Source: Diploschistes diacapsis (Eukaryota). From it: a stretch of 51,521 nucleotides of DNA. The DNA lies in the NCBI GenBank assembly GCA_023645945.1, contig JALAIB010000012.1, positions 1 through 51,521 on the forward strand. Direction: 5' to 3'. How positions within the stretch are numbered: position 1 is the stretch's first letter; each line of letters starts with the position of its first letter. Positions 1 through 11,719 of this stretch are shown here, piece by piece. The notes below the pieces were generated by a model. That model had not been told where the DNA came from. It saw only the letters and a list, made by a program, of their open reading frames with translations, and made no database searches. A program made the translations under genes and the position numbers.

Positions 1-63
1 GTAGGGGTGGGGGAATGGGTTTTTCGTTTCTGGTGGGCTCGGTACTGTGGGGTTTTCTACCAT
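1..63 (-). CDS. 5' end of a probable ATP-dependent DNA helicase CHL1/DDX11 (runs off the window)
   Basis: ATG at 63 reads MVENPTVPSPPETKNPFPHPY to the edge. F-x-HPY resembles the N-terminal F(H/Y)HPYxPYDIQ motif of fungal Chl1. An ACGCG element lies upstream at ~318. Only 21 codons are visible. Confidence 0.45.
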   Translation of the reverse strand, partial: MVENPTVPSPPETKNPFPHPY

Positions 64-699
64 GACAGGTCGGATGATTGCCAGGGGGATGTGGATGGAT
101 GGGAAGGGCGAGTGTGCCCTATGTCAAGCCACTTGAGCAGTTCGGTGCATGGAGAGAGTAGGATCTTTGTTGATTACTTTTAAGCACAAGAGGTACCCCT
201 TTACGTTTTAGTGCTGTCTTTTGGTTCGAGGAAAGTGCCCTGTCTATATGGTACATATTCTCTGACCAGGTTGCATTGCGCTATTGGCCTGTACTGGGGA
301 TTGAGCTATAATAATATACGCGCCCCTTTCTCGTCGTAACTGCCTGTCCTGCCGTAGGACCATCTGTCCATCTTACTACTATCTTCCTCGCCTTTCTTCT
401 TTGTTCGTCAAACAAGCTATGCAACTTCGTATAAAATCAACAGATAGCCAGTTATACTTTATACTCCTAATGCGATGCATCATCCGACTTACCCACCACG
501 CAAAGAAAAACCAAGGAAAGCCCGGAGTGCTTCAAAGCCGCCACTTTTGCTGTGTGTATCCTCTTCAAAAACCCCCATCCGCATCAATCTCGATGCTAAC
601 CGCGTAGACAAAAGCGGACACACATGACGTTACTATGATCTGGCCTGGATGCCATTTACTGTAATCTATAGGCCGCCTACCGACCCCCTTCCCCGGTAA

Positions 700-1163
700 C
701 TATCCACTAGAGCTCCAAGCGCACCTGCGAAGGTTGTTCCTGCTGGAGAGCTCTATCACACATGGTCGTGTGAGCGCGGCACGTGTGGCGATGTTCGATG
801 ATATCAAGAAATGCAGCGTCTTCCTGTCGTAATCTGGTTTGGGCTGGAGGGTATTGACGATGGTGCCTGTTTTGTCCATGTTTGGGTCTTCAATGCTTTG
901 ATTGTTTTTGGTACATTCTCCTAACCACTCTGTCTTACAGACTGTTTTCACGTTTCCCGCGTGGAATAATCCCCATTTGAGTATGATTTCCAAAAAAAAA
1001 ACCCCCCAAAAAAAGGTCTCTTGAGCGCTATTGAACACTGCCACGATTCCCCGTCCGGATATAGTGTTTCTATGGGATATACTACGGCTCTTCTCTCCCG
1101 AGTAGGGTATTGAGTCCGACTAGTCGTTGTAGAGCCGTTTGAATGGCGTTGAGAAGAAGGCAT
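700..1163 (-). pseudogene. Frameshifted small coding relic, weakly retropepsin/aspartyl-protease-like
   Basis: ORFs 948-1163 and 700-1044 join across an A10-C6-A7 homopolymer tract (992-1014). The C-terminal GTIVNTL...HFLISSNIATRAALTRPCVIEL loosely resembles retropepsin ends, but no intact DTG motif is visible. Confidence 0.25.
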
Positions 1164-2299
1164 AGTACGATGTGTAATATAAACCAGGACTTCGATTACA
1201 GATAGCTATGGCCATGCCGAAAGAAAATCACGAAAATTGCAGATATATAAAAGTGGTGACAAAGGAAGACCGAAAGCGTTGAGTAATTTTTTTCTACCTC
1301 CCGAATCTTGGATGACGCCGGCACACCTGGCTACTGGGAATTCCGGGAGGAGTAGACAACTATCTTGCTATATTTAAGGATTTCTCACACCGGAACAGAC
1401 TGCCAGCTACCCTGCCGTGGAATATTCCCATCTCATGAGCATACTTCCTTTGGGCGATGAGAATGGGCGAGCAATTTTCGTACAAATCTCGATCCACGAT
1501 TCTGTAATCGCGAAAACTCCTATGAGCCATCTTGTCTAAGTTTCAAGTTTTGACACCGCCTTGGCATGCTATGGTCATTCGGGGCAGGCTCACTACAATA
1601 TGTTGTGCCTCTCAAGCTTGATGCTTGTCTCCCTACATGACTACGCTAGGGCGTTTTTAAAATGTGTGGATGGAGGAAGGTCCTAGTAGCTAGCGAGTGG
1701 TACGTCTGGCTCTTGCGAAAGCTATTTCCTATTCCAGATGGGACGACGACACCTGGCTTTGTAGGAAACTTGGTATAGGGGATCCGGTCGTTCTTTTGTA
1801 CTGTGCCCTCTTATATAGTGAGGCGAAACTTCTTTCCCCAAAGGCTTCCGTCGGTCTATCGCTCTCTGTGGTATATCTGAGGGTGGTAGTAAGCCATCAC
1901 CATCTCTACTCAAGCTCTGCGAGGGTTTCCTGTCCATAACTTTCTGCCAGTTCCTTTCTCCTTTCGAATTCTCTAGGGGCATTCTGGGATTTCGAAATGC
2001 TGCCCATTTGCCTGTGAAGTAATGCTTGTTTGGAAGGTTGATGTGTTTGACGAAACCTACGTAGGTTGCGATGAACGGTTGCGTAACAGTCTGAATCCTT
2101 TGCGGCCTTTTCTGGCCTGTCTTTGATGTATTTCATAACTGGGGCTCAGCTTCTTCAGCCAAAGGCTAGTCAGTCTGGTCGAATCGTTCAGTCCCCACCT
2201 ATCTTATCTTCTTGATTGAATTTGAGACTTGTAGCGATTCCGGATTGGGATTTTAAACGCTAACCTGCTCTGATTATCCCTGTTCAATTGACCTCGAGC

Positions 2300-5200
2300 G
2301 GCCCTGATTCGAGTCGGAGAGACACACGCTTCTTGAACTGGTCGTGTCCTTTAGACACGGCTTGTAACGATTTAGATTGACGTTGCCAACGCAGTAGATG
2401 GTTAGAGCGTTGATATGCACCTCATCTGCCCGAACCTCGCTTTCCCGTCACGGTGCACTCCGGTCGACGCTGCCAGACGCTACCAAATGCGTCCACTAGG
2501 TACTCCTTGGAGTCCACGACTCCCTTGACGTTGTCACAAACCCAGTCTAACAGCAGAATTGGAAGGTTGAACTTGGAAACGTGTCTACAACTTCATTCAG
2601 CTTGCGACCTTTTCCCACATCGCGAAACATCCTGCAATCGAATCACGGTGCCACTATCAACCTGTGCTGATGTTTAAATTTTCTTATTGATTGTACGTAT
2701 CGGCATCACTGCAATCTTCGATTCCTCTGATTTCCCAGCAGATTCAGGTTCTTCCTGTTCCATTAGCTTTTGCGATATACCAAACAGTCTAAAAAAATAT
2801 CCTTTATGGCCTCGGCGATCGCGGAAGAAGTAGCGGAAGAAAGGAGAAGAGTCCACCAATCCTTGTATACTAGAATCACAGAAATTAAAGCGGGTCGAAT
2901 CAACAAACCTATGAAACATAATGAGTGTTGGTAGAGAGTTGAATGAGAAGAAGCCTGCCATTCTCCAGGAAATTGTTCTTCGGAAGACATTTCGATGGTT
3001 TTGTGAATACGCGCGAGTATATCTATCTCATCTTCCTTAAAAGCTCGGTCGAGTTAATTTACCATATGTAAACATCTGGAATTGCATCAGATGCAGGAAA
3101 TAGCCTCCCTCTTTCGTCCATATGGTCATTGGCATTAATCAATCTGTCCCCTTATAAGATCACCCGCAACTCTTCTATTGGCTCGAAATTTTCACCGAGC
3201 CCTGGATTTAGAGGTAGAAGGCTTTAGTAGACGCTTGGGAGTTTTAAAAGGAGAAGGGTCTTGCGACTCATCTGAAATGCCTTCCTCGAAAACTCTTTTA
3301 ACAGTCGCGCACACACGGGATGTGGATGCAGGTATAGATAATCCGCGACTTGTCCGCAGCACTCATGCTACACTTCCCTGTCGAGGCTTTTAGAGATTTG
3401 GCAGGATTCGCTCTCCTTATATATTCCAAGGATCGTATAAGGTGCAGCCTGGAGCGACAATCCTTTTGGTTGTAACAGCTACTTCATTCCATTATACGAC
3501 GGTCCTATATGGTGTACAAGTTTGGCGGCGAGTCGTAAATATGGTATCCCCCCTGCCTTTTAAAGACACATAACAAATAAGAAGCTCGTTGCTATCCGGG
3601 ACAATATTGATTCGAACAGAGTGGCATTCGTTCATCTGTGAATCAGGTTGCTGCAGTCTTCGAACTCTCGATTCGGTCTTGGTCCTTCAGCCAATGTGGA
3701 ATCAGCTTGCTCAGCCCGCTGCGAGCGGTAATGTCTTCGACAGCATCATGCTTGAGCGCTTATGGTACTCAAGCCTCGATAGAACCGACGCTTATCCCAT
3801 AGTTACAGACGAGGTAACGTATCTTCTTGTCTTTGATCGCAAACGTCCCTCCGGTAATAGAGAGGGTTCCGTAAAGGGCAAGACCTCAGAGACAAAGATT
3901 AGCGATGCTCATGAAAGGCAGATGATGCGGCACAACGGTCTAGGTTCCTCGTCTTTTTCAATTTGCCCCTTGTCGCTCTTCATAGTAGTAAAATCTATGC
4001 TGTTAAGGTGCGGGAGGCCCTCAGTATTGACCAAGCCGGGACATAGAGGGGATGATTGAGCGCGAAAACGTTTATGACATCTTCTGGCTAGTGTCAACGA
4101 CCTAGAGGCCATCCTCTCAATGCCACTCCTTCAAAATACGGTTGCAGTCGAACGCAGTAGAGTCTGTCACTTCCGTTTATACCGACTAGGTTTTCGCCGA
4201 TCTTGTGCTGATATGATCCCTACTGAAGTTCGAGATCTTGAGATTCAGATCTCTTAGTACAGTATAGCGGAGTGGCCTATGAAGAATATGAAGAGGCAAA
4301 AGCTCTCTTATAAAATGCCGTCTTTGGTCTTCTCTCCCGTGGTATTCTTAAGGTGGTTTCAGGCCGACATACTAATAGCTTTTTCTATTTTCTCGCCTCA
4401 GCAGTTCCATTGTCTGAGTGTGTCATAGCTTTTGCTTGCCTTTAAGCTTCTAGAGACTTTCTGTAGGGTTTTGATGTTCATTAAAGCCCCAATTTTTGCG
4501 GTATTCTCCACGAGTCTTTCTGGTTCTACCTCCTCTCTCTAAATCACGGAAAGTTTCTACATCGTTCTCTATGGTATAGAGGCGGTGGCATCTCTTAATT
4601 CCTTCCGTTTGTCCAATAGTCAGATTTTTGTGCAGCTCTTAGAAAATCTGTGTATTATAATCCATCGTCTTGTCGCCCATCGCACTGAGCCTTTGGTTGA
4701 CAGATAAAGCAACATAACCTTGAGCCATTAGTCGCAGATCATCGTGAGTAAAATCGAGCTAGGGTTCTGTACTCTCCCACGGTTTTGAGGTAAAGCTCGA
4801 TTTCGATCTGAAAATAGAGTTTTTACGCGATGAGTACGTAGAACCATCCCATCGGTAATTATTGGATTTGAAAGAATGATTTGATAAAGACACAATATAT
4901 CTAGAGCGGAGGGATGGCTAAAAGGAATTGGTGAGCTGAGTGAGACGAGAGCTTCCTAGGCTGCCAATTCTGAGCTATTATTTCTTGCTGTACGTTTTCT
5001 GGAAGCTATTGTGCTAGATACTCCTGGGTATCTGCAATTGCCGTTGGTGGTGAGCATCTGTTCAGGGTTTATTCGAGGGTTTATTCCTCTAGAGGGTCTA
5101 TCACAGGCAGAATTTATGTAAAGGGGGCTAGGGCCCTCACTATACCAGAGTTGCGAATTTGGAGGCCTAGTCCATCTTGCAATTCTCTTATAGCGCTATG

Positions 5201-6700
5201 GGTAAGATTGGTATTCTGATATTATAAAACCCCTCATCTCCTTATCCTCCTGCGTACAAGCACCTTGGGAATTGAAGAAAATCAGCCTGACGTATTCCCC
5301 GAGCGCCTCATTGATTTCTCTGTGAGTCGGATCCCAGTCGAAGACGAAGGTGACATAACTACCTAGGGACGGGGAGTTCATTAACAATATCTAGTTACCG
5401 TATGTTGTCGCTGGGAGCAAACTCTTTCTACTGCATTCCTGTTAGGACCAATTTCTTTGTTATAAAGCTCTTCATCGGAAACTCCTTTCCGTATAACTAT
5501 GTGGTAGCTTGAAAGCGAACAGACTAGACTGTCTCGTAACACATTCCTTCTGGAGCCAGGTTTGAAATCTGATTTTTTATATGATCATGTCCAGGACCCA
5601 CTGAAAATGGCCGGCTTTCCCCGTGCTCGTCAATTCTGCATATTAGACTGAATCCTCTGTGTCATCCCCAAAATCCTGCTTAAGATCAACTCCAGCCTCA
5701 GCTTCAACCCGAAGCTTTGGGTTTAGCATAATACTGTGATAACTGGAAATAGTTCAAAGAACTACCTCCACCACTTGTTCCATTTCTGCAAGACAAGTTC
5801 AAACCCCTCCGCTGCTTTGAACATGCATTTTTGCAACTCAGTAACTATTGCATGAAGGTATACTCATAGCTGAGTGAAAGAGAGGGTACACGCATTCTGT
5901 AGCCTGTCTTTTCAGAAGTCCATCAGGATCTTGTATCATCATGCTGCGCTGTTCGCTGATTTAGTGATCAGGTCATTCGGCTTAAAATAATCGAATCTTT
6001 CAGTAAACGATTTTCGAATCTCACGAGGCCTATGCCCATTACAGCGATGCGTTCCATCTCTGATATATCTCGTATACCCCTTTGAAGAAGAGATCTGATC
6101 TCTCTTCCTCCTTAACCTTGTGTACTCCTCGTGTAAATGCCGACTCTCCCTCCTGTATATTTGCAAAACTTGCTCCCTTCTCCAATCTCAACAACAAACC
6201 TGTGAAATTGTCAAGTTTATCGGGTGGCTCCGTGCCATTGCCTGAAGTCGAAGGTGCGATAGTAGATTATCCTATCACAGGAGCTTCCTGGCATCAACAT
6301 TCCCTGATGCTTTCGTTGTCGGTGAGGGGGCATGAATATCATAGTTTTGTTGAAATATTCCGCGCTTGTTCTAAAGCGAGTAGTTCGCTTAGATGGCTAA
6401 TTTTGGGGAAATTCATGCCCGCACTTCTCTTGTCTCTTGCAGGCGCCACTCTACTCACAGCCTCTATTCGGTTCGATCCATCAGCCCACTTTCGCTTCAT
6501 AGTAATGTTAACGTCCACGAAGCTTAAGGGTATTGAGACTAGAGTAATGGACGGTATCCTCAGAAATGAGCGTTTTGTTTGGGCCAAAGTTCTTGATCTC
6601 ATCCTCTTGTTCGGTCCTGTTTGGGTTTGCCGTTAGGACTATACTCACATGTGTATACAACACGGAGCCGTTATTGAGAAATCCTAACATATTCTTAGTG
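2300..6700 (-). pseudogene. One or more decayed multi-exon genes of unknown function
   Basis: Long protein-like minus-strand frames with sparse stops, e.g. ~4918-4425 (..PWESTEP*LDFTHDDLRLMAQGYVALSVNQRL..TQIF*ELHKNL..ESL*KLK), 5196-5387, VYLHAIVTELQKCMFKAAEGFELVLQKMEQVVE near 5770-5860, and LDRAFKEDEIDILARIHKTIEMSSEEQFPGEW near 3050-2960. No family recognised. Confidence 0.45.
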
Positions 6701-7399
6701 TTGTTGGAAGATAACTCGATTATCCGCCTTCAGAAGCTCTACATCAATGCTCCAGTGCCATCGGCGACATTTTTACTACTCACCAAGCCACGTCAAAATT
6801 TATAGGAGGTGTATATATCTCAACGACTGCAGCTCCACTGCCCAGGCGTGTGCCCGGAGGCCATGAAATGCCATTGCAAGCCAGACATCAACTATCCTAT
6901 TTAGCGGTGAGATTAGTGAGCGTAAATATTTTCTATCCAAGATACAGGAAAGGTCAAAAAGCCAAGAGAAATTATATGAGAACTACCAGAGCAGCCGAGC
7001 AGCAATAGTCCAGGGGCCAAAGTGTACTATGGCTGCTGCCCTAAGTTTCATCTAACCGTTGGGTACCTGCGTATTGTATGATATGCTTGCACAATAATTC
7101 CTTAGTTATGTGGTGGAATCATTCAGAAAGGCGTCTGCGGTTCCTGCCGCAACCAACTTTGAAAGTGACTTACTTAAATCATAATATGCAGTGGTCTCAT
7201 GTCCTCCATTTCCTTAGCTGGCCACATTTCAAATTCTTTCGACTCATTGACCGTCCTCTGGGTTCTGGGGACTCCCACGTGATTAATGATCGAGGCTCTA
7301 AAGTGCCCCACCTTCATGGTCTTTTCGTTATTCAAAAAGTGCTGGCACAAAATCCAAAGCGAAATCTTATCGCGAGAAGTGAGTGTGGATAGTCTGAGC

Positions 7400-9780
7400 A
7401 AAAATCCTACTTATGCAAAGCCATGCCAAGCGATATATCGTCATAGTCGCTGACGCCGCCATGGCAGCGACCTCGGCGCCAGCTGCCAGCCAGCAATCCG
7501 TAGTAGCTACCCTTAGCTACTGCAATCTTCCCCTATCTAACTATGCTCATGCCTCATAAGCAATGTAGCTAGTCCGCCCTTTCAGCGAAAAGTGATCCCC
7601 CACGTTCCTTACTCGATATTTCTTCCAATAGCACAGAAGCCCCGACACAGGCCAAATACTTTCAAGTTTTAGTTCACACTTGGCTCCTTTATAGAGACCA
7701 GTAACATATTCTCGTCCATGCTCCTTTTCTCTGGATCCCTTATCGTCCTGTCTCCATAGCTCCATATTGCCTCGCTTCATACTCAGCTACGGTCGGTTGG
7801 ATGTCTTCGTAGCTCTCTTTCGGATATCCACATGTCGTCCGTAGCGTCGCATTCTGGCCATCCCACAAGGTACTGTGTACTCATCAAATCCAGTACACTT
7901 CACTATTCAGATCCATTGAACTAATCTACTAAAGGTGTCCTGGGAATCCTAGAAGACGTTATACGCATTTCATAAATAAGATCGAACGATGGTTGAGATT
8001 AAATATGTCTCAGTTGATATTGACTTCAAAATAGGTATCTTCTCCGATGGCTTGTTGGCTGCAAGACTGGCTGATTGATTCTACCAGCTATTGGTACCGT
8101 ATTATTCTGGTATCTTGTGTTTCGTTTGCCTTGATGGGCATGTACCTTTTCAAGGAATCTGACTTCGGAAGCTAGAGACACATTATCGGCGACTGACGCC
8201 AGAAGAAAGCGCAGATGCGTCGATGTCGAAGCTCCTTTAGTTTAAGATACCGCAGTAATATTTGCTCAGCCTCAACTATGTTGTGTTACTCTAAAACCAG
8301 GTATGAAGTCGGAGGTCTTCAGCCTGGTCTTGTATTTCAGTGCATAGTGGTACGCAACTTATCGCCCGCAGTCCTGGGCAAAGAGAACAAGGTTCAGAAA
8401 GTCGCCTAGCAAATGCTGTAGGGAAATCCATCCCGTTCATATAGCTTTCTTAATGCTGCTCTTAGATGATCCGATCTCTCTGGTACGGAGTCGCCATCTC
8501 ACTCTGTATCGAGTTTCTCCTTCTGAGTGTCTTTTTGGGTAGTTGTTCACACTGACTAAGAGTCGCAGAGCCCCAATCATGCTTGTTGATTATATTTGGC
8601 ACATGTATGGTTCGTAGAATATTAGTAGTATACAGCTGGTTTCAGGCCTGGCAGTCTTGCCCACGGTTCTGCAGGTAGCAGGCGAGCACCTGAAGAGTTT
8701 GTGAATCGTCATTGCTGTGTTTACTCTTTCTTAACAGATTAGACCTATACTAAGCGTTTTTCATCCATTAAACCTAGCTTGCCAGTTGTAGCTTGTTGCA
8801 TTTGCCCTCTATTGTGTATCTATCCAAACTTGGGCCCATTAGTTGGATTGAGCAGTACTAGTGTGATTTCTCTTTCTTTCTGTAAAGTAGCTTTGCGCTT
8901 AGTGATTAGTTCTTCCAGGAATTTATTTCAGTGGTTCAAGTAGTTAATTGTAATCCTGTCTTGACCGGTGGGAGAACAGCTTCTTAACTGCTCAAAAGCA
9001 TTATCTCGTTCCTTGGCCCTCACATGAATTATCCACCCCAGGAGCAATTGCATGAATGCTCAGCACTTGTCGTACCTAATATTGATGGATTCATACATGG
9101 AAACTACTAGCAACCCTGAATTCGCGCAATCTCTAAGATAATGGCCCTTCCTTAACGAACTAGTAGCGGTTCCCCAGTAACTAGAAAAGCGGCTCTTGTG
9201 CCGCCTGATCATTATCGATAGCCAAAAGCCCTTCCGTTACTAATTTATGGCGGGTCTTGAAACAACTGCTCCTCAGAACTGGACTAAGGTTAGATTGGTG
9301 GGTTTAAATACGTTCAAAAAGACTGACTGTTTAGTGGATGTTCCAAATCCTTGGTTTGTTCCCTGCGTGAATTTATCCAGAACAAAGCAAACTTCTTATT
9401 GGAGATCTTGGTATTTTTAGTAGGCTTCTCTTCATGCTCTAATAGCTAGCGTATGCAAACGCTTTTTGTCTTTAATTCATTCTTCTATGGTTCCTTTTGC
9501 GTGCGTGAACGTCCTCTTCTTTTCCAAAGCAAATTGTTGGTAGGCCTATATGAGTCTACCTCTAGACGACAATGGTCAGTTTATTATTTTAGCCAGAAAT
9601 ATAGCCTGTCTTACGCGGAAGCATATTCTTGAAGTCATTCTTGATGCTTTGTATCTTTGTATTGAGCGCCGGTTTCGTTTAGTGTTAGTCCATTTAGCTT
9701 CCTATACTCCATGTAGCGCCGGTGCAGTTATACCATTGTCTTAATATTGGGTAAACCATCAAAATAAAAATTGCCTCGCG
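7400..9780 (-). mobile_element. Highly degenerate Ty3/gypsy (chromovirus-like) pol relic with chromodomain, PPT-like tract and possible 3' LTR start
   Basis: Minus-strand 7878-7762 reads TQYLVGWPECDATDDMWISERELR/(frameshift)DIQPTVAEYEARQ, a chromodomain pattern (YLVxW...D.W.SE.EL...V.EYE). Downstream is a purine-rich stretch and then TGTTAC at 7706. Upstream are faint RT/RNaseH-like words (ERDNAFEQLR, LRTIHVPNIIN). Confidence 0.5.
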
Positions 9781-9926
9781 CCTTTCCCATCGCAGTGACA
9801 AGAGAGCGTAGAATTTTCCTCTTTCAAGGTTTCTCTAGGGTGGTTGTAGTTGAAGTTCCTCATAGCTCCTTACCTAGATAGGCGTAAAAATTAATAATAA
9901 TAATGCGTCCAAATATTTTAAACTTA

Positions 9927-11197
9927 CTACTTTACCCGCTTCCGCTTCTGCTGGTCTACATAATCCGGATCCTTCTCCTCGGACTTCTCATCGTCCCAGT
10001 CCGGATCCTTCTCCTCCTCGGACTTCTCATCGTCCCAGTCCTCTCGTGCTTCCCAATTCACTTCGTCTTCAGGTATAATTTCCGCACCAGGCGAGGGCAC
10101 TCTCTTCTGCTTCCTTGTGCCAGGCTTCATGACCAGGTTCTCTCGAACATTTGCTCGACGATCCACTTCCTTCTGCCGCGCAAATAACGTCCTCTTGCCC
10201 AAGGCCCTGTATGATATGAAGATCGGCTCGAGGAATGCATCAGGGTCGGAAAGGACAGATTTGATGGCAGCGAAGTCGCGTAATTGGAGGCGGAGGCCTT
10301 GCTCTTCGTCCGCCAGAACATTGCCATCTGAATCAACTAAGTCCTGTTCAATCATATGTTAACAGCTAACCTACTACAAGGAGGAGATGGATCCTTGCCT
10401 GATGCACCGTCCTTACACAGTCAAAATCATCGATCCCATCAGCCCCGGTCGTAATGACTGGACGCCAGACAGATAAGCTCGCCCCCTTGTCACGGTAATT
10501 CAAGTCCAGACAAACAACTGCCCGTATCTCCCCGTTCGAATCATTCACATAGTCCCATGCGAGACGGTCCAAACCCTTTGAATACTGTGAGAAGGCCACC
10601 TCTATCAAAACACCTGGCCATGTCGCCTCCGAGTGCCAAAAGCTTACGTCCGGAGAGTGTCTGTCGACATGTCCATCGTCATCAGGCGGGAACTTAAGAT
10701 TCGGAGAGCCGTAGGGTAGCACCTCCTTCGCGAAAGCTTGACTCTTTGTATTGCCACCCACCCGATACTGCCTCAATTGGCTGTCGATCTCCCCTCCGAG
10801 GTACCACACGCAGATTTCATGTGTAACCGAGTTCATTCGAATGACGAATCGCTCGACTTGAGAAAAGTAGTCGTACCTGTCAAGCACACACATAATCAAT
10901 CAAAGTAGATAGGGTAAGCGATGCGCGAGGGAGTGTATACCGAACTTTGTCCTGGAACCACCCCCACAACGACTCATTGAGCTGCAGTGCGTTGAATAAT
11001 TCGTCGAGAACCGGGAGATGAAATGATCTCCGCTCTATATTGTGCGACGATCCCACGTGCCGGCCCGAGCGCCAGCAATGGAGGAACTGGACGATTCTCT
11101 GGACCTGTGAAGATGGCTTCTTTTCGTCGGTCGGCGGAGGGGTGATAGGCGCTTCGCAGAAGCTCTCTGGAGGAGTGATTTCGGGGTGATCTGACAT
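9927..11197 (-). CDS. Putative PD-(D/E)XK (Uma2/restriction-endonuclease-fold) nuclease, 3 exons, 383 aa
   Basis: Exons 11197-10941, 10876-10399 and 10343-9927 splice in frame (GT-AG 64-nt intron, GC-AG 55-nt intron; total 1152 nt). Motifs: IRM..THE, HSPDVSF, PGVLIEVAFSQ, LDRLAWDY, IRAVVCLDL. Acidic repeat and basic KKRKRVK C-terminal NLS-like tail. Confidence 0.8.
9964..10038. repeat. Tandem duplication (36 nt + 39 nt copies) encoding DWDDEKSEE(E)KDP in the nuclease tail
   Basis: tccggatccttctcctcggacttctcatcgtcccag at 9964-9999 repeats at 10000-10038 with only a 3-nt indel. Confidence 0.95.
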
Positions 11198-11719
11198 ATC
11201 GAGTGTTATTTATTGACGCCTTCTGTTGCTAGAAGCGAATCGATCGGTGTTGTTCGACAGCTTGGTTGTTTCGGTTAAGAAATGGAATTGATTCAGAGCG
11301 GGGTGTTGAGGTGAATACTGGTAGACTAATTGTTATAGAATTCGTCCGTTCTCACGATTTCAGGATTTCAGGAAAAACAAAGAATAGAAGAACAAAGAAT
11401 AGACAATCACGGTTGAGAGCGGCAAAATGTGATTTCTTCGCACAGCCCAACCTGCAAAACTTTCTTGCTCTAGTATAGCTGAATCTCTCGTATTCTGGTT
11501 TCCCACTTCGATTGTTTCAGCACTCTGTTCTCCATCATTGTATGTTACCCTGTCTGATCTGTTTATCTGTTTGATTAGAACGCCATTGAATCGTGGCTTA
11601 TTTCTCGATCAAGCCAGCTTTTTTGCTATAGAATTGTCTTTCACAAATGTACTTTGCCTCATTCAGCTGTCCTGGTCATGACTTGAGCAAGAGAGTTATT
11701 ATGTATAGGTATGCCAAGA

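Noticed and set aside
3589..6636. Plus-strand ORFs 3589-4059 and 6082-6636 as real genes
   Set aside because: Non-ATG starts, no motifs, and they overlap minus-strand decayed frames that look more protein-like.
9964..10038. CRISPR-like repeat of ~36 nt
   Set aside because: Only two adjacent copies with no spacer, inside a eukaryotic coding exon.
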